From assembly GCA_945917765.1 (NCBI GenBank), contig CAMEHU010000004.1:14925-78924 (forward strand): a DNA stretch of 64,000 nt. The letters are read 5' to 3'. The DNA comes from an uncultured Lachnospiraceae bacterium (lineage in GTDB: Bacteria; Bacillota; Clostridia; TANB77; CAG-508). The translations under genes were made by a program, and so were the position numbers. Below the pieces are notes generated by a model, which was not told where the DNA came from, did not search any database, and was given only the letters and a program-made list of their open reading frames with translations. Positions 44,462-52,565 of this stretch are shown piece by piece. Within the stretch, counting starts at the first letter, position 1. Each line of letters opens with the position of its first letter.

Positions 44462-44468
44462 TTTTTAA
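44451..44468 (+). repeat. attL core (overlaps tRNA-Pro 3' end)
   Basis: cgcctcgaccatttttaa; 17/18 identical to 57281-57298. Confidence 0.65.
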
Positions 44469-44596
44469 AGATTTTTCAAGAAATTCTATAAAACTTCAGA
44501 AAAGTCTAAAATGAGAAAAGGCACATGTTTGTAGCAATACAGCATGTGTCTTTAATTTTATCAAATTCTGTGAAATTCTAAAAAATGCTGAAAAAA

Positions 44597-44660
44597 TTTC
44601 CAAAATAAATTTCAAGAATTAATTTTTATCTATAAAAAGTTTCCAAAAAATTTCAAGAAT
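44597..44660. repeat. Iteron-like direct repeats upstream of the RepA_N gene
   Basis: tttccaaaataaatttcaagaat (44597-44619) and tttccaaaaaatttcaagaat (44640-44660); partial tttcaagaa at 44474. Confidence 0.5.
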
Positions 44661-44697
44661 AGCTATCTCTTATCCAGACTGGATTAGGAGGAATTAG

Positions 44698-45285
44698 ATG
44701 TTAACTTTTGTACCACATAAAATTAATGAGGACTATAAGAAAGTAGAATTTTATCGCGTTAATAAGGAGTTGTTGAATTGCGAAGAATACAGAGGTTTGT
44801 CGCCTACTGCAATTTTATTATATTCGCTTTTATGTGATAGGCTTTCGCTTTGTTATAGTAATGAATTAAATAATAATGTTTCTAAAAATAAAAATCATTA
44901 CTATGATGAGAATAAAAATATGTATGTAATTTTCACGAGGATGAATTTAGAAGAAAAATTACATGTTGGAAAGACAGCTATCAATTCTGCATTTGAACAG
45001 CTTAAAAAAGCTAACTTAATTCAAGAGAAAAGACAGGGGAGAAATAAGCCTAATAGAATCTATGTTGGAAAGACAAAATCTGAAATTAGTGAAAATTTTG
45101 TAAATTGGAAGTCTGAAAATCGTACTTCCGGAAATCCGATTTTCGGATATCCGGAGGTGCGAAAATCGGATGCAAATAATAATAATATATTTAAATCTAA
45201 GAATAAAGATTGTAAATATTTGGATTATGAAGAACGTGATTATTCTAATTATGATTGGTTGGATTTGTATGCTAATAAAAAATGA
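44698..45285 (+). CDS. RepA_N-family replication initiator-like protein
   Basis: N-terminal pattern ...FYRVNKELL...LSPTAILLYSLLCDRLSL...YVIFTR..., winged-helix ...AINSAFEQLKKANLI...NRIYVGK. Homologous to 57566-58117. Confidence 0.6.
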   Translation: MLTFVPHKINEDYKKVEFYRVNKELLNCEEYRGLSPTAILLYSLLCDRLSLCYSNELNNNVSKNKNHYYDENKNMYVIFTRMNLEEKLHVGKTAINSAFEQLKKANLIQEKRQGRNKPNRIYVGKTKSEISENFVNWKSENRTSGNPIFGYPEVRKSDANNNNIFKSKNKDCKYLDYEERDYSNYDWLDLYANKK

Positions 45286-45304
45286 AATAGAGAGGGTTGG
45301 AATT

Positions 45305-45676
45305 ATGGAAAATATAAGAGAAAGAATAACTTATCGAAGAGAGGGAGATTATTTATTACCAGATTTAACTGTTGATGAAGGTGTAGGAGATAATTATAGA
45401 ATTGGTAAATATGGATATTTAAGGCTTGATTGGTTACAACAAAATAAAAAGGGATTATATACGGAATTAATGCTTGAGGGAAAATTGCCAGAGCATTTAG
45501 TAGAAATTGATAAACAAGCAAACGTAAGAGTAAAACAAATAGTTGAAGAACTTGCAAAGTCAGAAAATGCAGATGAAACTTTAAAACAAAATAATCAGCT
45601 GGAGTGGGTTAGATTGATGAATAATTTTAAGAATCAAGCTGAAGAGATAGTGTTTGATGAGTTAATTTATAATTAA
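45305..45676 (+). CDS. tnpV: TnpV-like protein
   Basis: MENIRERITYRREGDYLLPDLTV...IGKYGYLRLDWLQQNKKGLYTELMLEGKLPEHLVEID matches the TnpV family pattern. The ORF-track N-terminal extension (45170) overlaps the upstream gene and is rejected. Confidence 0.7.
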   Translation: MENIRERITYRREGDYLLPDLTVDEGVGDNYRIGKYGYLRLDWLQQNKKGLYTELMLEGKLPEHLVEIDKQANVRVKQIVEELAKSENADETLKQNNQLEWVRLMNNFKNQAEEIVFDELIYN

Positions 45677-45696
45677 GTATTGGAGGATTGGTTGAG

Positions 45697-45990
45697 ATGA
45701 GTAATTTAAGAAAAGTAAATGATGATATTTTTAGGGAATGGTTTAAATTTAGAGAGGAAACTTGTTTTTGTATTACAGATGATGAAGATAAAAAACATAA
45801 AATTAATCTTGAAGAAATAGGAAATAGGATTTTAAAAAATGTACCTAGTCAAAATCAGAAATATGTTAAAAGTCAGTTGGAATTATTGGATAATAATCTG
45901 TTTGATTATATTTCATACTGGAATGAGAAATATTATAGGAATGGATTTTGCGATTTAGTAAAAATGGTAATGGAAGGTTTAGATAAATAG
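45697..45990 (+). CDS. Hypothetical small protein conserved in both tandem elements
   Basis: 97 aa; clear homologue (nonsense-interrupted) at 58136-58420. Confidence 0.55.
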   Translation: MSNLRKVNDDIFREWFKFREETCFCITDDEDKKHKINLEEIGNRILKNVPSQNQKYVKSQLELLDNNLFDYISYWNEKYYRNGFCDLVKMVMEGLDK

Positions 45991-45999
45991 ATATTATTT

Positions 46000-46023
46000 A
46001 TGGAGCAGTTAACACTGCTCCAT
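46000..46023. terminator. Bidirectional terminator
   Basis: tggagcag-ttaaca-ctgctcca between convergent genes. Confidence 0.7.
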
Positions 46024-46024
46024 T

Positions 46025-46654
46025 TTAATAAAAAGTTTTTCTTCTGTTCTCTAATTCGTCAAAATATAGATCCAATGAATAATCTCTAAATATATATGGA
46101 TTAAATAAGCTTATGATGATATCGTCATATTCAGTCACTATCTTTTCATTATCTATTACCTTAGATAGAGTATTAATGCAATTTTCACTAGCTTCTTTAG
46201 AAATTTTAAATTTTGAAGAAAGATAATTAGATGTTACTTTTGCCCCGTTTTTTATAAGTTGCTTTAGTACACATTGCGGAGCTAATATTTGAGAAGCAAA
46301 AAAGTTTGCTTCTTGCTCATTTTTTTCACATTGTGTTGTATGCTCTAATACAATATGTCCAATCTCGTGAGAAATTGTCCACATTTTTCTTCCTTCTGTC
46401 TCTATATCATTATTATAAAAGATATAAGCTGTATTATTGTTAAAATAGGTATATCCATCATTAAATGAACCATTAGATGTAAGTTTTTCTAATGGTATAT
46501 TTGTTATTTGTGAATACTCTTGCAAACTGATTATTACAAAATTATAAGAATCTAATTTTAATTTTCTAGGATCAATTGGAAAGGAAAATGATTGCTGTTT
46601 TATTAAAATTTCATAAGCTTTTAATTTAGCTCTGTAGAAATTAGGTTTATCCAT
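46025..46654 (-). CDS. immA: ImmA/IrrE-family metallopeptidase
   Basis: HEIGHIVLEH (HEXXH) motif; overlaps and follows an XRE repressor gene. Confidence 0.8.
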   Translation of the reverse strand: MDKPNFYRAKLKAYEILIKQQSFSFPIDPRKLKLDSYNFVIISLQEYSQITNIPLEKLTSNGSFNDGYTYFNNNTAYIFYNNDIETEGRKMWTISHEIGHIVLEHTTQCEKNEQEANFFASQILAPQCVLKQLIKNGAKVTSNYLSSKFKISKEASENCINTLSKVIDNEKIVTEYDDIIISLFNPYIFRDYSLDLYFDELENRRKTFY

Positions 46655-46994
46655 TATTATTTTTTCCTAAAAAAATATCAATCGTACTATCTAATATATC
46701 AAGTAATTTTTCTTTTTCTTTAGGATCTACTTGTTCAGCCTTTCTAAAAAGTATAGCTGTTCTAGAATTATCTTCATCTTCAATCTTATCCTTAACTCCT
46801 AACAAGTAATTAACAGTAACACCAAAATAGTTAGCTAATTTATTTAAAGTTTCTGTATTAGGAACTGCATTTCCTGATTCCCAGTAAGAAACTCCAGTTG
46901 CAGTTATACCAACAATATCAGCCACCTCTTGTTGAGTTAATCCTTTTTCCTTCCTTAACTTTTTTATTATTTGTGAAAATTTATTATTGTTCAT
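46647..46994 (-). CDS. immR: XRE-family HTH repressor (ImmR-like)
   Basis: KGLTQQEVADIVGITATGVSYWESG HTH; 8-nt overlap with immA. Confidence 0.8.
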   Translation of the reverse strand: MNNNKFSQIIKKLRKEKGLTQQEVADIVGITATGVSYWESGNAVPNTETLNKLANYFGVTVNYLLGVKDKIEDEDNSRTAILFRKAEQVDPKEKEKLLDILDSTIDIFLGKNNNG

Positions 46995-47082
46995 TTTGGC
47001 CCCCTTCTATAACTTATTATAGTATAGAATAAATAGAATGTAAATATTTTTTAAATAAAATGTAATTTTTGCTTATAGCGTA

Positions 47083-47111
47083 TTGACAAAATAAAAAAAA
47101 CGTCTTATAAT
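47083..47111 (+). promoter_or_regulatory. Consensus sigma-A-type promoter (TTGACA-17-TATAAT) for the rightward operon
   Basis: TTGACA 47083-47088, TATAAT 47106-47111. AATGTAA heptamers at 47037, 47059 and 47115 are candidate operators. Confidence 0.65.
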
Positions 47112-47193
47112 CAAAATGTAAAAAAAATATAAATCTCACTTAAATATTTATAGAGCATTTATATATAGTATTATATCACACAAGGAGGTAAAA

Positions 47194-48087
47194 ATGGAAG
47201 CTTTAATGTTAAGTTCGAAAAAATATAAAGAATCTGAAGAACATGATTATGGAGATTGCTTTATATGTGATACAGGGACTGATGTAATTGTATTTGATTG
47301 TGGTTCTGAAGAACATGCTAATGTAGTTATAAAATACTTAGTAGAACATTACGGAGAACATAAAAAAGCAATAGTCGTACTATCACATAATGATTCTGAT
47401 CATTTTGATGGTATACCAAAATTAATTGAAGAGAATAAAGTAGAAAAAGTATATACCATATTGCTATTAAAGTATTATGAAGAACTCTTAGAAAAAATAG
47501 ATGATGATAGAAAAACAAAAGATTCTATAAAGAGACAAATATTAGAAATGTACTCTAATATTGCAGAATTAGGGAAACAAGGATTATTAAATAATATTTA
47601 TAATTCAGATGATTCCTTTGTTCAAATTTGTAATGGAATTAATGTTGTTGGACCAACAAAAGACTATGTTATAGAAGCTGCGGGTAAAGCTCTTGACTCA
47701 AGACAAGGAGATACAATTAATAAAGAAACTACAGTAAATGCTGCTAGCGTTCAGTTAAGTATTGAGTTAGAAACCTGTAAAATGTTATTGGTAGGAGATG
47801 CTAGTACAGAAGCAATTGAAAACAATGTTAAGAACCATCAAATAATTCAAATTCCTCATCACGGAAGGCTAGACCATGCAGAAGAACTATTTGATATAAA
47901 AAAAGGTGACAGAGATACGGTTTTTTTAATATCCGATAATAAAGGAAAATCTTCTGGAGGCTCAGAAGAACTAATAAAGTCTGGTAAAGACAAAGGACAT
48001 GTAGTCTATAACACGAGGACAGAAGATACCAAAAAAATAACGGGCTCTCTATACCAAAAATCATATAGAGTGGGGTCATATATATGA
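47194..48087 (+). CDS. Stand-alone ComEC-like MBL-fold (metallo-beta-lactamase superfamily) protein
   Basis: 297 aa; VFDCG, VLSHNDSDHFDG (HxDxDH variant of HxHxDH), LLVGDAS, IQIPHHG motifs in MBL order; AGGAGG RBS. Confidence 0.7.
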   Translation: MEALMLSSKKYKESEEHDYGDCFICDTGTDVIVFDCGSEEHANVVIKYLVEHYGEHKKAIVVLSHNDSDHFDGIPKLIEENKVEKVYTILLLKYYEELLEKIDDDRKTKDSIKRQILEMYSNIAELGKQGLLNNIYNSDDSFVQICNGINVVGPTKDYVIEAAGKALDSRQGDTINKETTVNAASVQLSIELETCKMLLVGDASTEAIENNVKNHQIIQIPHHGRLDHAEELFDIKKGDRDTVFLISDNKGKSSGGSEELIKSGKDKGHVVYNTRTEDTKKITGSLYQKSYRVGSYI

Positions 48088-48590
48088 TATATGTATTACA
48101 GCATTCGTATAAAAAAGAATATAATAATTTTAATGATGAAATTCAGGGAAGAAGGGAGTATCTTTATAATATTTTTAAGATGTACTTTATTGTAAAATAT
48201 ACAAATTACAGTAAGAACAGCTTTCTTCATCCTAATTATTATATGTTAGAAAGCTTTCCTGCAAACATATTGGATAATTATTATTTTATAGTCGGAGATA
48301 CAAACTTTGTGATTAGATATATAAAAAATAATATAGAAAAGTTTAACAACAAGATATTAATTATCATAACTTGTAAAAAAAATAACAATGGCTTTTTTGA
48401 GCATTATTTGCCTTCCATAAAATGCTCTTCAATATTTATAGCCAAATTAAATAATGATGAAGCAGACTATTACGATGGAAAAAAGTGGGGACTCAATTTT
48501 AAAATAACGCTATCAGAATTAGATTTGTATAATTCTAATAAAAAAGATCTCGCAGATAAATTAAAAGAATGTTTTGAAAGGATAAAATAA
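48084..48590 (+). CDS. Hypothetical protein (168 aa), translationally coupled to the upstream gene
   Basis: ATGA overlap with 47194-48087; no recognisable family. Confidence 0.6.
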   Translation: MIYVLQHSYKKEYNNFNDEIQGRREYLYNIFKMYFIVKYTNYSKNSFLHPNYYMLESFPANILDNYYFIVGDTNFVIRYIKNNIEKFNNKILIIITCKKNNNGFFEHYLPSIKCSSIFIAKLNNDEADYYDGKKWGLNFKITLSELDLYNSNKKDLADKLKECFERIK

Positions 48591-48592
48591 AA

Positions 48593-49090
48593 ATGGAAAA
48601 TTTTTTTAATAAATTAGAAAATTACAATATTTTCAATTACATATTGCCAGCCATTATATTTGACCTTGGCTGTAGAGTTTATATTAATTTAACAATTATT
48701 CCAACTGATAATTTAGTTATAGCAACTTTTGTATATTATTTTTTAGGATTAGTTATTAGTCGAGTTGGTTCGTTAATTATAAAACCTTTATTATGGAAAT
48801 TGAGAATTTTAGATAAAGAGTATGTTTCGAAAGAGTGTGATTATTATAGAGCAGAAGAAAAAGATCCTAAAATTAAAATCTTATTTACAAATTATAATAT
48901 GTATAGGAATTTTATATCAGCTTTTTCACTTCTTATTATTTTAAAAATAGCTACTAAAATACAGGAACACTTTCCTTTAAATTTTACTTTTATTTTTACT
49001 TCAACAATATTACTGTTATTAGTATTATTTATTATGTCATATAAAAAACAATTGCAGTATATCTATAATAGAGTAGATAATACTAAGTAA
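48593..49090 (+). CDS. Hypothetical membrane protein (about 4 TM)
   Basis: Starts 2 nt after the previous stop; hydrophobic segments IFNYILPAIIFDLG, VIATFVYYFLGLVISRVG, FISAFSLLIILKI, FIFTSTILLLLVLFIM. Confidence 0.6.
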   Translation: MENFFNKLENYNIFNYILPAIIFDLGCRVYINLTIIPTDNLVIATFVYYFLGLVISRVGSLIIKPLLWKLRILDKEYVSKECDYYRAEEKDPKIKILFTNYNMYRNFISAFSLLIILKIATKIQEHFPLNFTFIFTSTILLLLVLFIMSYKKQLQYIYNRVDNTK

Positions 49091-49119
49091 AAAACTCGTG
49101 AATGTATCACGAGTTTTTT
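49090..49119. terminator. Bidirectional terminator
   Basis: aaaaactcgtg-aatgtat-cacgagtttttt between convergent operons. Confidence 0.8.
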
Positions 49120-49981
49120 ACTTAAATATTGCTTTCATTATTTCATTTTTCATATCTGCAATATTATAAATATTATCCATCCTATCAAAAGTCTCTTTCA
49201 AATTGTTCTTTGCAGAAATCCAACCCATACCATCAGTGAACCAAACAAACTCAAAGCCAACAATCTTCTCAGACTCTTCAGCAATCATTTTATAACTTCT
49301 AGCAGTTTCATTAAGTTTAGATCCACCAGCAGCATAGAAATTTGTTTCAATTCCATAAATGCAATTATCAGTTTTTACAACAAAATCAAATCTTTTAGTA
49401 GCTTGATTTTGATTACTAATGAATGACATATCCAACTTCCACTTTTCTTCTATATCTTGCAAATACATTTCTTTGAAATAAGTTTCATTCTTCTTAAATC
49501 CAGCCTTTTGAATATATCTTTCAACAATGTCTTCCATAAGATGTCCACCACGATTTTTTCTGGCATTTGAATTTAATCCAGATTCGATACCTAGCACATA
49601 ATCATATAAATTGTTTACTAAATGATTTTGAATTAAATCAAATAATCCAGTCTCTCTCATAAACACCTTATATTGTTCAATGCCATAATTCATATTCTTG
49701 AAATTATATTCAAATTTATTTCCATCACTATCTAAAACAATTATTTCATATTGTCTTACAGCCAACAAAATTGGAATACATTTTAAAACTTCAGGATATT
49801 TCTTCAATAATTCTTCAAAATCCTTTTCAACATTTTTGCTTCCAATAAGTGAATTCATCATATTTAATTCAATTTTATGTTCTTCAGCATTTCTGTAAAT
49901 TGTTTCAAAATCAATATAATATTTATAATCGGCTATACTATCTGTAAAAGTTAATAGCCATTCGGCAAAATCTCTTTTCAT
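49118..49981 (-). CDS. dpnB: Type II restriction endonuclease, DpnII/MboI family (GATC)
   Basis: Strong resemblance to DpnII (…MNSLIGSKN…, …KLNETARSYKMIAEE…); third gene of an M-M-R cassette. Confidence 0.8.
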   Translation of the reverse strand: MKRDFAEWLLTFTDSIADYKYYIDFETIYRNAEEHKIELNMMNSLIGSKNVEKDFEELLKKYPEVLKCIPILLAVRQYEIIVLDSDGNKFEYNFKNMNYGIEQYKVFMRETGLFDLIQNHLVNNLYDYVLGIESGLNSNARKNRGGHLMEDIVERYIQKAGFKKNETYFKEMYLQDIEEKWKLDMSFISNQNQATKRFDFVVKTDNCIYGIETNFYAAGGSKLNETARSYKMIAEESEKIVGFEFVWFTDGMGWISAKNNLKETFDRMDNIYNIADMKNEIMKAIFK

Positions 49982-50760
49982 AGCTTGTCCTCCTTTAATT
50001 CTTTGTATCTTCTTATAGATAGTTCCAAATATTCTTTTTCATTATCTATTCCTACGTATCTTCTGTTTAATTTAGTTGCTGCAACACCTGTAGTACTGCT
50101 ACCACAGAATGGATCTAAAACCAAATCATTTTCTTTAGTAGATGCTAAAATAATTCTTTCTAATATTTCCACAGGCTTTTGAGTTGGATGCTTACCTTGT
50201 TTCTTTTCAGATGGTTTAGTTAAAGAGGTAGTCCATACATCTTTCATTTGCTTATTACCATTTATTTCTTTCATTAGTTCATAATTAAAAGTATACTTAT
50301 TTTTCTTTAAATCTTTTTTAGCCCATAATATTGTTTCTGTTGAATGAGTAAAAGTTTTACAGGCTAAATTAGGTGGGGGATTAGTCTTTTGCCATGTTAT
50401 ATTATTTATTATTTTAAAGCCTTCTTCCTCTAATGCCATACCTATTGAATAAATATTATGCAATGTTCCACTAATCCAAATTGTACCAGTATCTTTTAGA
50501 GTTCTATAACATTCTTTAATCCATTTTTTATTAAATTCATGTTTTTCTTTAACTGATAAAGCTGTATCCCATAAACCTTTATTAACACTTACCATTTTAC
50601 CGCCACTACAGGTTATTCCGTCATTAGATAAGAAGTAAGGTGGATCAGCAAATATCATATCAAAAGTTTTGTTTTCAAATTGTTTTAAAGCATTAAAAGT
50701 ATCATCATATATTAAGCAAAAGCTTCCATTGTTATAGTAGAAGTTATTTGAGAGTTCCAT
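49978..50760 (-). CDS. dpnA: N6-adenine DNA methyltransferase, DpnA-like (beta class)
   Basis: IFADPPYF catalytic motif near N-terminus, C-terminal FCGSSTTGVAA SAM motif; ATGA overlap with the REase gene. Confidence 0.8.
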   Translation of the reverse strand: MELSNNFYYNNGSFCLIYDDTFNALKQFENKTFDMIFADPPYFLSNDGITCSGGKMVSVNKGLWDTALSVKEKHEFNKKWIKECYRTLKDTGTIWISGTLHNIYSIGMALEEEGFKIINNITWQKTNPPPNLACKTFTHSTETILWAKKDLKKNKYTFNYELMKEINGNKQMKDVWTTSLTKPSEKKQGKHPTQKPVEILERIILASTKENDLVLDPFCGSSTTGVAATKLNRRYVGIDNEKEYLELSIRRYKELKEDKL

Positions 50761-51662
50761 TTTGATTGCTCCTCATAATTGGTTATTAATAATTCTGAAA
50801 TTTCTCCACGTCCTTTAGCATTTGAGTTTATCATTCTTTTGGCAGAAACCTCGTTAATAATAAAGCCATCGTATATAGTGTCAAAGAAATTATCTTCCTC
50901 ATTAACGTTCTTAGGATTTGAATTACTTAGCATTAATTTAGCATTTTTCAAATTTAATTGATTGTAATACTGTGCTAATTCTTTTTGGTTTTCATCATTA
51001 AAATCTTCTTTTGTGTAAGATGTAAATCCTGATGTTACTGAAAGGGGTCTATATGGTGGGTCAAAGTATACAAAAGTATTTTCGGTTATAAGATCTTCAC
51101 TTTTTCTGTAATCTCCATATTCGAAAGTAACATTTTGTATTAATTTTGATAAATTTCTTAAATTGTTTGAATCACATATAGTAGGATTTTTATATTTGCC
51201 ACAAGGAACATTGAATTTTCCATCTTTGTTTACTCTATATAATCCATTGAAACAAGTTCTGTTTAGAAAAATAAATTCAGAAGCTCGTTTGATGTTTAAT
51301 TCATCGTTTAAAACATAAGAGTTGTATTCAGTTCTAATGTTGTAAAAATATTTCTGTCTATTATCACTATCTAAAATTAGAAAATCTTTTTCTTTTTTGT
51401 CTAATTCTTGAATTAATGCTTCAACATTATTTTTTATTACATTATAGCAATTAATTAAATCTTTATTTATATCAAAAGCATATGCTTCTTTTACTTCATA
51501 TTTTTGTAGTATATCTAGTAGAACAGCTCCACCACCAACAAATGGTTCCACATATCTTTCGATATTGCCATTTATTAATTCTACAGGATAATATTTTGTT
51601 AATTGTGGTATTAAGCTATTTTTACCGCCAGCCCACTTTACAAAAGGTTTTACTATTTCCAT
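50712..51662 (-). CDS. dpnM: Dam-family (D12 class) N6-adenine DNA methyltransferase, DpnM-like
   Basis: PFVKWAGGKNSL, EPFVGGGAV and YFDPPY motifs. ATG 51662 after GGAGG preferred over the ORF-track start at 51728. Confidence 0.85.
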   Translation of the reverse strand: MEIVKPFVKWAGGKNSLIPQLTKYYPVELINGNIERYVEPFVGGGAVLLDILQKYEVKEAYAFDINKDLINCYNVIKNNVEALIQELDKKEKDFLILDSDNRQKYFYNIRTEYNSYVLNDELNIKRASEFIFLNRTCFNGLYRVNKDGKFNVPCGKYKNPTICDSNNLRNLSKLIQNVTFEYGDYRKSEDLITENTFVYFDPPYRPLSVTSGFTSYTKEDFNDENQKELAQYYNQLNLKNAKLMLSNSNPKNVNEEDNFFDTIYDGFIINEVSAKRMINSNAKGRGEISELLITNYEEQSKWNSQITSTITMEAFA

Positions 51663-51765
51663 TTTTACCTCCATTATTTCTGAAATAACTATATAATATT
51701 TTATAAGGTTTTTCAAGCGAACAAACAAAGATTCTTAAATAAATATTATATTTAGGGTAAAAAGA

Positions 51766-51793
51766 CAAAGGAGCTAGAATTCTAGCTCCTTTG
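51766..51793. terminator. Perfect 28-bp palindrome (bidirectional terminator)
   Basis: caaaggagctagaattctagctcctttg. Confidence 0.7.
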
Positions 51794-51797
51794 CATG

Positions 51798-52007
51798 TTA
51801 ATAGTCAAGCCTGAAAATAAGAGATTGAGAGCATTCTGAGAAGAAGGGGCAACAATCACAATTTCCTATTTCAGTTATGATATTGCATTCAATGCAATCA
51901 TTGCAAAAGCAACTTGGAATAGGAGGGTGTAATTCTGTGCTGTAAGCATCAGTCTTGACCGTTGCTGACTTCTTGGAAGTCTCATCCTTATTTTTCCGTT
52001 TAAACAT
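51798..52007 (-). CDS. Small Cys-rich protein/peptide (69 aa; alternative start 52031)
   Basis: MFKRKNKDETSKKSATVKTDAYSTELHPPIPSCFCNDCIECNIITEIGNCDCCPFFSECSQSLIFRLDY; own TTGAAA-17-TACAAT promoter; followed by the palindromic terminator. Confidence 0.5.
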   Translation of the reverse strand: MFKRKNKDETSKKSATVKTDAYSTELHPPIPSCFCNDCIECNIITEIGNCDCCPFFSECSQSLIFRLDY

Positions 52008-52078
52008 AAAATCAAATCCTTTCGTATGCATTATAAAAGTGTGTGAAATGTACTTGACGGACAATTTTTTATGTAAAT

Positions 52079-52107
52079 ATTGTAACATAAAATACAATAT
52101 ATTTCAA
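52079..52107 (-). promoter_or_regulatory. Minus-strand promoter TTGAAA-17-TACAAT
   Basis: -35 at 52102-52107 and -10 at 52079-52084 (read on the minus strand). Confidence 0.55.
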
Positions 52108-52145
52108 TACTATTGGTAAAAATTTACAAATATGTATAAAAATGC

Positions 52146-52174
52146 TTGACAAATTATGTAAAACATGATATTAT
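52146..52174 (+). promoter_or_regulatory. Plus-strand promoter TTGACA-17-TATTAT for the peptide-rSAM operon
   Basis: TTGACA 52146-52151, TATTAT 52169-52174. Confidence 0.65.
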
Positions 52175-52261
52175 GTAACCGTACTACAAATCGTATTACC
52201 TAAGGCAGAAATCTGCTTTAGCCGCCAATTCGTTCTTCGATTATTGAAAGGAGCACTCACA

Positions 52262-52474
52262 ATGAAAACATTGAAGAAGACGAATTTCTGGAATCCTGGT
52301 GTGAAATACAACAGGAAGAATTCCGCACAGAGCTATATGTCTTCCATGAAGGCAAAAAAGGTCAGTGGCGGAGTTAAGGCTGCTGCAACGGACTGTTCCT
52401 GCAACTGCTACGGTGGTTGTTCTTCGTGTACTAGCTCTTGCTCGTGCACATCCTGCAGCATGGAAAACAGCTAA
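52262..52474 (+). CDS. Cys/Ser-rich RiPP precursor-like peptide (70 aa)
   Basis: MKTLKKTNFWNPGVKYNRKNSAQSYMSSMKAKKVSGGVKAAATDCSCNCYGGCSSCTSSCSCTSCSMENS. AAAGGAG RBS 52247-52253. Lies immediately upstream of an rSAM/SPASM gene. Confidence 0.7.
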   Translation: MKTLKKTNFWNPGVKYNRKNSAQSYMSSMKAKKVSGGVKAAATDCSCNCYGGCSSCTSSCSCTSCSMENS

Positions 52475-52503
52475 GGAACATAAGTTCATAGGCAACTGAA
52501 CGA

Positions 52504-52543
52504 AGTGGGGCAGCTAAGATTGTATAATCAAAGTTGCCCCATT
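52504..52543 (+). promoter_or_regulatory. Intercistronic hairpin between precursor and maturase genes (possible attenuator or processing site)
   Basis: tggggcagc / gttgcccca stem (52506-52514 / 52533-52541) with 18-nt loop; no strong U-tract. Confidence 0.4.
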
Positions 52544-52565
52544 TCCACACAAAGGAGGAAATATT

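Noticed and set aside
45170-45304. N-terminal extension of the TnpV ORF (track start 45170), and similar extensions at 2817, 9024, 27879, 35963, 42174, 51728, 57437 and 61506
   Set aside because: The extensions overlap upstream genes or iterons, or lack an RBS. Internal ATG codons with good SD sequences give N-termini matching the protein families.
52241-52495. 84-aa minus-strand ORF overlapping the Cys-rich precursor
   Set aside because: It has no RBS or promoter and an Arg/Ala/Thr-rich nonsense-like product. The plus-strand ORF has an RBS and a promoter and sits directly upstream of the rSAM gene.
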